From positions 13,020,001 through 13,084,000 of the forward strand of contig NC_081331.1 of assembly GCF_022539665.2 (NCBI RefSeq): a stretch of DNA of 64,000 nt, read 5' to 3'. The notes under the pieces are model-generated. The model saw only the letters and a program-made list of their open reading frames with translations, was not told where the DNA came from and ran no database searches. This document shows positions 39,626-49,649 of this stretch, in pieces. This stretch comes from Daphnia carinata. Its lineage: Eukaryota. The position numbers and the translations under genes were made by a program. Each line of letters starts with the position of its first letter. The first letter of the stretch is position 1.

Positions 39626-39810
39626 AGAGAATTAACTAGGAATCTGATCGGTAGATGGCTATAGCAGTAAAAACAGAAAATACCGAAGTTTTTTCTATTT
39701 TACAGCTACCGCCATCTAGCGGCCACAACTCTAGTTAATGAGTATGTTGAGTGTATGTAGAGAACTAACTTGAAATCTGACCACTAGATGGCGGCAGCTG
39801 AAAAGAAATA
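39626..39810. promoter_or_regulatory. Cluster of three CTCF-consensus sites (candidate insulator)
   Basis: TCGGTAGATGGCT (39648-39660, +), CCGCTAGATGGCG (39710-39722, -), CCACTAGATGGCG (39781-39793, +); the last two fit the CTCF core CCRSYAGRKGGCR exactly. Confidence 0.6.
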
Positions 39811-40306
39811 TTTTTAAAAATATTATTATGGGGTAAGACGGATTGCCATAGAAGCACGTGGAACTAATACATAGCTGTGTTAAAGCCTAAGTCTGTTTTG
39901 AACGCGGACTTTTATCGGGTAATCCCTAACTAACCACATAACGTTGCGGTAATATTCGACGGTGGTTCATAGCTGTACAAATGGGTATAGAAATACTGAT
40001 ACGCGAATTGGTTAATCTGTTGTATTTACACATTTGCGGCCAGGACTGAACAAAGGGTCTGCTATAATCGCGGAAGGTGAAGGTAATAACTGAACAACTG
40101 AAAGGGTCACATTCTATCTTTAAGATTTTACAATGTTAACTGTTTTCTGAAGTAATCTTGGAATTTTTAGACAGAAACATTTTTCATTTTAAATATAGCG
40201 GCAAATTAAAGAATGAAGACAAAGAAAATTAAACATGCAAGAGAAAAGAGAAAGGCCCCTCCATAACCATCAAACCTCAATAGGAGTAAATCTGAAAACA
40301 AAAATT

Positions 40307-41904
40307 TTACAACTCATCCTTATCTAGAAGTGTATAGCGGTTTTTAGAAGGAGCCAACTTCTTGAATGTTGATTCAGGAGGCTGCGTTGGTTTTTTGCTT
40401 GGGTCCTCGTCTCTATTGATCTCATTACCCACTTTGTGTTCAATTTGTTGAGGGGGGTCGGTGGCTGGATCTGGACCGTAGTGGAATTCTCTGTGCAGCT
40501 TTCCAGAATGCAGATCGGCGAGAAACTGCTTCAATTTTCCAGGAATGTTTATATCCTTTTCAAAAGAGAAAAAACAAGCCTTAGTGAGTACATGTATAAT
40601 TGATTTTACTGGTAGTTTCGGTATTACTTCAAAATTAGGGAAGAGATACATATGCCTAAAGCTGTCGATCGCGATAAGTGGAAGGTCTTTTTTACTCTTT
40701 CCTAGATGTTGGAGTGGATGAGCAAATGTCACCCCGTCGGCCGTCAAAAAGTTGATGTTCTCTAACAATCGATTATGAAAAACGTTGACTTTAAATCCTA
40801 ATAATCTGGTAACAATAAAACTTACGTTTTTCGTCCAACAATTCGCGATTGATTATTTCATTGTACTTTTTAATGCTGTTATTGTCGTCTGGATTGTAGA
40901 AGAGGATAAGAAAAGGGAGGCCCTCCTCTGTCAGTTCTTCCGCGTTCTCAAAAGTTATTTCTCGTACCAATGGCACGCATTTGTCCGTTGCCCAAATACT
41001 GAATTCATCGTAACTCTTCAAATCACCGGTGAAAGATTCATCTACGTCATTTGAACGTGCTTTGGCTGGTCTGAAGGCAACAATTGATTGATCTGGGGGA
41101 TGCATGGCACGTGTTACGTCGCCAAAACCGGCATGGAAAATACAGTCGTCCTTCAGCACAGCAGCCAATTTCGCGAAATTTTTGTACTCTGGTGAATCCT
41201 GCGTTTCGAAGTAACCAAGAACGTGTCGTTTCTTATCATCCAACTGATGGTGCTGGACTTCTGACAGTTGTTTAAATTCTTTCACAGGATCAATCAGTTG
41301 CTCTCGAACAAAATTTGCAAATGCTTCAGCCGACCTCTGCCCCCGGTACTCCTTCTTAAACAGCTGGCCATTTCTCACAGCTTTCAGGGTGGGATACTTG
41401 GAAATATGAAATCGTGTTCCAATGGAAGCTGCAAAGGCAAACATGTCACTGATTTCAAATATGTGCGAGATTAGAAATGTTTAGGCTTCCTTACTTTCTT
41501 TGTCACAATCAACTTTTCCTAACACCACCCGTGATGCAGGGAACTCTGCGGATACTTTATCAGCTGCTTCATCAAAAATTGGAGCAAGCATATTACTGAA
41601 TCGGCACCAATCTGCGTAAAAGTTAAGGAGCACCAGTTCTGTGTTGGCTGGAAAACAAAAAAAAATGGCACCATGTTAGCTATGAACCTGACATGTTATT
41701 GAACTGTGCTTTACCAATTATGCTGTCAAAATTATCAGCTGTGAGCTGAACAGCTCCACATTCTACATGGCTAAACAATTTCAAAAGTATCTGTCAAAAC
41801 AAAAAGCATGTGAGATTAGCAATATATTGACTTCTTGATAGCGAAGAACCTACCAGAAATTCTACGATAAAATTACGCGGGTTGACAAGCTGGAATATCC
41901 TCAT
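40307..41904 (-). CDS. ERp44: Endoplasmic reticulum resident protein 44 (PDI family), 6 exons, 421 aa
   Basis: Exons 41854-41904, 41715-41790, 41495-41647, 40826-41428, 40628-40761, 40307-40555 sum to 1266 nt in frame. NFYADWCRFS active site, KYPTLK, EYRGQRS, PLVREITFENAEELTEEGLPFLILF, AIDSFRHMY, DLHSGKLHREFH, KLAPSKNRYTLL and C-terminal KDEL. Confidence 0.96.
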
Positions 41905-42604
41905 GTTGCAAAGTTTTCTAGGAAAGAAGGCGATAGTGTGTAGTTTGACGAAGGAGACGCTGAATATTTTTAAAACTACGGTTATGTTAGTTTCCCTTCG
42001 TATGGCCACCCATACCTAGGGGAAATAGCGGTGAACACAAGTACTGAACCTTAAGCAAAAGGCGTAACAATTATGTCGCAGTCCCTTAAAGTAGTAAGCC
42101 AGTAGAAGACGACTCAACGAATGCCACGACAACTAAAAGGATAGTAATACGGGCTACGAAGCAACCTGAAGCCCTTTCTTCTCTGTGACGCATGAAAAGT
42201 TCTATTTAATCTACAATTTCAAATTGAATTGGACTCCTAATTTGAATGTTCAAATGAACTAGACAAAGTGAGAAAGAAAAAGAGCTAACAGCCAGTCTAC
42301 GTTCTTTAGAAAGACCAAATCAAGACGAGAAGAGGGCTAATTACATAGCTCTGTGAAATCACTTGAAACCCATTAAATAGCAGCCTAATGATTTTTTCAG
42401 TTTCCCATTACTAGTAATGCAGACTGTTATCCTTGCGAAGGGATTATTCAAAGACTGCTCACAACAGCCCAACCGTTTCCTTCAACAACAACAAGCCTAG
42501 ACAGTGATTGTCAAAAATAAAAGCGAACGTGTATTAAAAAGATAAATTTATGGGTTTGTTTTGAAACTTCCAGGCATTTTCCCAAGTGAATTGATAAACC
42601 CGTG

Positions 42605-43019
42605 TTATCGTAAACAGCGGATTACAAATCTTATCCCGATGTAGGCTATAACTGCGGTTGCTACGGTGACTAAAGCACCGCTTGCAAAAGCGTTAACAAC
42701 AGCCACTCCTCCAGCGACTACAGCAAAGCCAACACCTATTCCTATTGGTAATACAAATGTAATCATATAACTAATAGAACTTGAATAACTAGATAAATAT
42801 TGTCGTATACCTGACATAACAGATCCAAGTACAGAACAAATTGCAGCACCGACAGCCTTAGCACCGCAACATGCCAAACCTAAAGGAAATTTTTATGAAA
42901 AGAAACTACATAAAAATCTATTCAATCTTCTTAAGACAAAACAGAAAGCCACAACACCGTTATTTTAAAACAACAATCAATTTTAAATTCCTACCCATGA
43001 GACCGCAAAGACAACCCAT
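42605..43019 (-). CDS. Uncharacterised 76-aa hydrophobic Cys/Gly/Ala-rich microprotein, 3 coding exons
   Basis: Exons 42995-43019, 42811-42879, 42605-42741 (231 nt) joined by GT-AG introns of 115 and 69 nt with matching phase 1: MGCLCGLMGLACCGAKAVGAAICSVLGSVMSGIGVGFAVVAGGVAVVNAFASGALVTVATAVIAYIGIRFVIRCLR. ATAATGG start context. No family recognised. Confidence 0.7.
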
Positions 43020-43381
43020 TATAAATGTTTTGCAATTTCGTGTGCTACTATCCTCCACCTAGAATAACAAATTCTGGTGAATGTTGGCAATACTGAAATA
43101 TTACCGCAGAGGTAATTGAATATGGACACTGCGGCAAAGGATGTGCCTCAACTAAAGCAAATGCGAAAATGTCTTAAAGAACACAGCTGGTGGTGGTACG
43201 CCGTAATGGTCTGCCATCCTCGCCCCCTGGAGCGCCAGCAAAGTTACACGGTATAATATAAATACAATCGACCTTTCGACGGGCATAAGACACGCTATTT
43301 TTAGTTTAAATCAGTGACATCGCATCTTATTTCAAAACCATGCTTCCTATTTTGAAAAACTAAGGAGAGTTTAGTGACGAT

Positions 43382-44992
43382 TGAAATACAAATTGCAATC
43401 TAGCGAATAGTAGTAACGTTAAAATGCACCAGTAGCAACACCTTTGACAGCTCGGTGGATAAAGATGCATCCGGAACAGCAGCGGGCGTCGCTTTCTCTC
43501 TTTGCGGTGGACGTCACCGATAACGCGCGTCATCGTCCACGTATCTGGCTAGCTCATATCTCCTCCACTTTCCATAAGAATCAAAAATTAATAACTTCAT
43601 TATTTTTTCTCACCTGCCTCATTCATTCTCGCATGCACCATCCACTTTTCCTTTCTATTAAAAGCAAAGACACCAGCACCATAGTCGGATAGAGGTCCTC
43701 TGCGCCCTGCTACCTGCCAAGCCTTTGCACTCATCGATGTGAGCGCAAAGGCAAAAAGAAAAAGAAAATTACTATTAAACTTATAGGTCATTCGCAGCTT
43801 AGCTTATATCCAAGTATTTCACTACGCCTAAAATGTATCTCAGTAGGCTACACTTAACGTCTTACGTATACACTAGTCCTTAGCCTATGTCTTAACCCTA
43901 GGAGTGTCTCGTAGCACAGGTGGGTATTATAGCCTCGTTGGTATAATCTTAACCCTTTTATTGCCACTCGTTACCCAGCACAGGGTTTCCCGTCTCTGAG
44001 CTTGTACGGGTTTTTAAAGTGAGGCCCTGCACTCATAGTGGTAGGAAATTCCGGTGCTCCTTGACTTCAACAGGCTACATTACGTAACTACTAAAGCCCC
44101 GCATCCAAAGTATCTGTCACTTGTATAGTAGTAGATTTCTTCTAATAGGAGAGTCACCAAGCTGATACTATCAATTTGATGATCCCTCCTAAAGAAGCCC
44201 AGTCTAAAGGCCATCAGATACTTTGAACGAGCTTTACTATTCGTCAAGACGGTTATGGAAGAAGTTTAAATCCGGTTAGGTTCTCAATGCTCAATCTCAA
44301 CGCAAAGAGAGGCCCTTTTACTCGTTTCTTCACCGTTTGAAGGCATATCGTGATGATTAGACATCTCCATATTGCCTAGCACCGTAGTAATCCTTACCGA
44401 ATCTTATTATAGTTACTCTACAATAGGATAAACTACCGCTTAAACTACTATACCAAACTAAGGACTTGAAATTTTACTTACGGTTAAATATGATTTAAAC
44501 CTAATACCTTTCTTTCTGCGATTCTCTTCGGCAATTCCTTTGCTCTATGCGCAGGTGAAAGATCCGGACGCCTATGTCAAATGTGGTTTCATCGTAGAAG
44601 CCGAACTGGGACCACAAAGCCCTATAGCTCACATTTACGGCGAGGGTAAGGGAGAAAATCAAACAGTCAATGAGAAATAATTTTCTTCTCAAAATGTTAC
44701 CTCGCCTAGATGATACCTTTCAGAGCGTCGACTTGAATCCACCGTAGCCTCCGTCGCTTCTCGCCAACCTCCCATCTTCTTAGAAGTAGTTCGGGGACGC
44801 CTACTTCTACATTAAGGGAAAACACGTGCGCAAATTCCAATAATGTTCTGTGGGACGGTAATGGCGTAGTCCATCCTTACAGTGGGTTTTGCTTTGTGGT
44901 TCGTTGATAATCATAGTAAGCTTACATCTTTCGCCACCAGGGGACACGAGCAGTGTACGACGGTTGCCACTGGGATTTTAATGCATGCGTTT
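43382..44992. mobile_element. Unclassified repeat element, longer copy (~1.6 kb)
   Basis: 43382-44070 and 44900-44992 align by eye with the reverse complement of 45508-46287 (e.g. GTCGGATAGAGGTCCTCT, TTACTATTAAACTTATAGGTCATTCGCAG, CAGGGTTTCCCGTCTCTGAGCTT, TTTCGCCACCAGGGGACACGAGCAGT). No transposase or RT remnant recognised; the mobile-element label is inference. Confidence 0.55.
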
Positions 44993-45012
44993 GATTAAAG
45001 ATTTTTTTTGTT

Positions 45013-45112
45013 TCTACGGAAAATCTTTTTCCGAACTATTTTACTTACGGTAGTGCTCTTTACTATGGAAAATTTTTTTCAGAACTATTTTACTCTTGGT
45101 AGTGCTCTTTTA
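45013..45112 (+). repeat. Two-copy ~49 bp tandem repeat
   Basis: CTACGGAAAATCTTTTTCCGAACTATTTTACTTACGGTAGTGCTCTTT followed by CTATGGAAAATTTTTTTCAGAACTATTTTACTCTTGGTAGTGCTCTTT. Confidence 0.85.
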
Positions 45113-45507
45113 TTTTACAAGTCACACAAGTAAGGACTTGGCTCCTTTAAGGCTGGCCAATCGAGCTGGAGACGACGTCGGATGTTCACGTCTAGTTTCA
45201 TGTTTCTTGTTGTCAATTCAAGAGCTAAACGTTTTTAAAAACACATTATGCCATTACAATTGATTGTTAGATGTTAAAGCCTAAATTTAAAAGCAAAATC
45301 GAACATTTTTATGGGGTTGAGTTGTTTCCTACCAGCAGGTCATAACAGGAGGGCACCTTTCCCAACCTGATATAAATATTAGTTCAGTGTTTAAGTTTTA
45401 GGCTCTTGGCTCTCTTAACGAGGGCTAAGTTTTTGGAAAAGTCATAATAAAGAGTTCCATAAAAACTAAAATATCAACCAAAACAACACAAAACAAAAGA
45501 GGTACTG

Positions 45508-46287
45508 AAACGCATGCGTTGACATCACAATGGCAGCCGTCGTATACTGCTCGTGTCCCCCTGGTGGCGAAATCTGTAGGTTTTCTATGATTATCGACGA
45601 ATGATATGATTGAAGACAAGGAGCATCGGAATTCCCTACCACTATGATCGGAGGGCCTCACGTTAAAAACCCGTATAAGCTCAGAGACGGGAAACCCTGT
45701 ACTGGGTGACGAGTAGTAATAAGAGGGTTAGAATTATACCAGCGAGGCTTTAATACCTACCTGTGGTGCGAGACACCCCTAGCGTTAAGACAAAGGCTAA
45801 GGACTAGCGTACACGTAAGATGTTAAGTGTACTGAGATACATTTTAGGCGTAGTGAAATACTTGGAAGTAATCTAGGCTGCGAATGACCTATAAGTTTAA
45901 TAGTAATCCTTCTTTTTCGTTTTGCCTTTGCGCTCATATCAGTGAGTGCAAAGACTACGGAGGTAGCAGGGCGTAGAGGACCTCTATCCGACTGCCGTGC
46001 TGGTGTCCTTGCTTTTATGAGAAAGGAAAAGTGGATGGCGTATGTGAGAACGAATGGGGCAGATAAGAAAGAATAATGAAGGTATTAATTTTGGATTCTT
46101 AAGGAAGGTGGCGGATATATGGGCTGGCGAGATACTTGGACGATGATGCACGTTACCGGTGACGCCTAATCGCAAAAAGAGAACGCGACGCCCACCGCCG
46201 TTCTCGTTCACTACCGAGCTGCCAAAGATGTTGCTGCTGGCACATCTTAACATTGCTACGAATCGGTAGATGGCAATTTGTATTTCA
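45508..46287. mobile_element. Unclassified repeat element, shorter inverted copy lacking ~830 bp
   Basis: Reverse complement matches 43382-44070 joined to 44900-44992; roughly 80% identity by eye. Confidence 0.55.
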
Positions 46288-49200
46288 CCGTCCGCAGACT
46301 CCCAAAAGAGAATTTTTGCGCCACGATACTCTCGTTTGATTTGAAAACATTGGAAGCGCTGTTTAGAAATATAATATCACATTGATTAACTTGCTTATCT
46401 GATCACTACTTTTTATCCCTGTTGCATTGTTGAAGAAGTCTGGAAAAAAAAAATACATCTGGCGCCATTTGGCATTGAAAAGAAGGAAGCAAAATAGTAT
46501 TTATTTTGGGGAATGACTGGGTATGAATACCAGTCTGTTTTGATAGGGAAAACCTTGGACTTTTAATTTTTCCAGAAACTTACCTCCCAAAAACGAAAAA
46601 TCGTCTGCGATCAAGAGAAATCCTCGATGGCACTGATTTCTTAAAAAGGAAAAGAAAACGTTTATGTAAAACTTAGGTTTCAGTTTTCTGTGAAATGACG
46701 CTACAAAGGTAGATCGTGATGGAATTGGACCACCCTATTCCAATAAAAAAAAAGTAAAGCAGCATATAATGTGAAGAACGAAAACAAAAATAGAGGTTCT
46801 AAAGTGATGTTCTTCAGGTATGGTTTATGCACCGCATTAATGTGACTAAAAGTCAACATACCCACGCGAGTGATATTTGAAAGCGCAGCTCCAAGAAAAT
46901 TCAATAGTGACCGGATTTTTATCTAAAGTGATCTTCATTCTAAAAACTTTTTAACATGAAAAACACTAGCCCCTCTAGTTGGTGTAGGCGATCGTGGTCT
47001 CATGTCCCCTCTCTTATAGTGTCAACAGAAACTAGTTAAGTTTTAACGATGATTCAAAACGGAATTTGGGAAGCTTTCAAATTCAGTCTGTTATCTTTAG
47101 CTTAGTAATTAAATAAGACAATGTATCGAAGGATGCTTTTTGATTATGCATCTAGAAAACGACAAATTAAATTCAGATAGAGTTTTGTTTCCAAAGTGCG
47201 GCGCTGATTAAAAATCCCATTGTTAACGTCTAGAAACAAGAAGATTCCAGTTGCAGGTACTTTAAACCTTTTTTCACAACCGTCTTGTCGATTTTTAAGA
47301 TTTTTTTGCTGCGATCTTTTGTGCTTGAAAATGGGTCTGATTGTTTTTCGCTGCCCGACGATGAAAAACTAGAAAGTGTTTTGCACGACAAATTGCTCCC
47401 ATACTTATATCTGTCGCAGGCCTTGTGGATCTAACGATTAGAACAAACGGTCCTCGCACGTCGTCAATAAAACGATCTGCCCGACTGCGTGCGCTTTTCA
47501 ATCAGCGTTCTACATCTCCTCGTTTGATTCCGAACATTTTCGCCTTTAAATAGATTGGCTATAGTTTGGCTTTTCGGTCTCAATTTTCATTGGTCATTTC
47601 ATGACTTATCAGATATTCAAACGACTAAATGTTTTCGAATAACCTCGGATACCGGAGCTTTGTTCACGAAGTTGCTTGCGTGACTATGTGCGTTCGCCAG
47701 TTTGTACCAACACGGAAAACAAAAAACACTTCGAAACGTAAACTCCCAAACTCGTTTCATTCAGCAACTGCGAGGATTCGTAATTCTGTTGATTATAGAT
47801 CAATCTCTAAAACAAAAGGCCAACAACGTTGTTTCATTTTGTTGTACGCTATATAGCTGCGATCAATCCTCATGATTGTCAACACCCACCAAGACAGTAA
47901 GGATTCAACGGGAGTAGGTATAGGTAGAATTTTTACTTCCATATGAGGCATTGAGAGGGGACTTACTTGCTAAATTCGGCCATGACAGCTAACACATTTC
48001 TGGAACGCTATAAAGCCATACTCCTCCCTCCCCAAAAAAAAAGGGTGAAACTGAATACGTAAATATCAGCCTTCAGCGATAGTTCAACAAAAAAATCAGG
48101 CACAAAAAAAGGCAATCGCAAATGGAGGGGGCAAAAAAAAAATCTGGAGCAGTAGTGTGTGTGTGTGGTTTCAGTTCGATTGAAGAAAACGAGTACACAA
48201 AAATGTACTGCATATTGCGTTTCGATAAAAAAAAAAAACGTCGGTTAAAGAAAAGGATCGAGATAGAGAGAGAAACTGCTCTTGACAGAGAAAAGAGTTG
48301 AATTAATTGGTGCCGCTTCGGACATGACCGACTGAATCCGACGGCGAATCGACAGGCCATCATTGAGACTAGAACCGGCTGGTTCTTTCTTCTCGCTAGA
48401 ATAATTGTATTCTTTTCTTCTCGGTAGAATACAACAAAAAAGTGTTTGTGAATTCAGTTTTCGAATGCCAAAACAGCGCGCCCGCTGACGATGCTTGGTT
48501 GCCTCGAAAGTGAAAGTAGGGCGCTTTTTGTTTCGTGTTTTCCTTCTGCGAGTTCGTTCATTTCCTCGTCAAGATTATCCGAACGGGCCTTCGTGAAACG
48601 TATCAAACCGGTTAATTGAAAGAAAAATCAAAAAACATCTAGATACGAAAAGGGAGGGGAGAGCATACACTGGCCACTATCTTTTTTTTTCTTCATTTTT
48701 ATAGGTCGCAAAAAAAAACAAAAAATTTGATTCTTTTTTTTTTATGATTTCTATTTGGATGGCATGACAACTAATATTCATTGTATTCACAGCTATAATA
48801 CGCAAGCGGATTCTAAACTCTAATTTTGTTTTCGTGCAATCACGACGCCGATTGCTTGTCCAACAAATATAGGCTTTCGATAGCGGATACTCTTTTTTTT
48901 TTTTGCCCTTCCTTATTCTTATCTTCCATATTTTTTTCCCGATGCTTCTTCGTCGCTCACGAAGAAGACGAATAAGGTGCATCATCGAAACCACCCGCTA
49001 AGATGGAGCCAGCTGCTCTTTATTACTTTACGATCATTTCGCGCGCCGACAGAAAAAAAAAACAACAACAACAACACAATGGTGTCTTTATTCACGAAGA
49101 AGACAGGAAAACAACAACCGTAACAGCAGTTTTCTGATTTTGAACGAGTTGTGTATATTGATACAGTGTCGTGCTTCATGGCGATGCCATCGTACGTCGC

Positions 49201-49618
49201 AGCTCCAACCTAGTTGAAAATGTGAAAGAGCTTTTCTTTCGCTTTCATCGTCATTACGTTTCTTCGATTAATTCTTTTCTTGAATTTTTTGTTTTTTTCC
49301 CTGTCCCGTTTCCGTGTTTTCATTTGTTAGGAAAACATGTTTGTATGGATAGTTTAAAAAACCAGACACAGGAAGGTGAAACTTTTTGAATTTGACTTTC
49401 TTCGTTGAAGTCGTCGTTGTTTTTTGTTTTTGTAAGCCGTGAAGAAAAGGTAGGAACATATCAACCATGTTCAGCTTTTTTGTTTTTAAGAATCCGGAAG
49501 GATCCAGAGCGGAACCCTTTTATAAGAAAGGCAAAAACGAAGACAGAAACAAATCGAATAGTTTGATCTGAAAAGAAGAAAGCGAAATTTCCGTAACGGG
49601 TTATTTCACCTCTCCCTT

Positions 49619-49649
<31 letters not shown>

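Noticed and set aside
37160..39810. CRISPR-like array
   Set aside because: Eukaryotic context, no constant repeat with unique spacers, no cas genes.
43120..43230. miR-317 gene
   Set aside because: Only 16 nt match, the 5' U and 3' end differ, and no complementary star arm forms a precursor hairpin.
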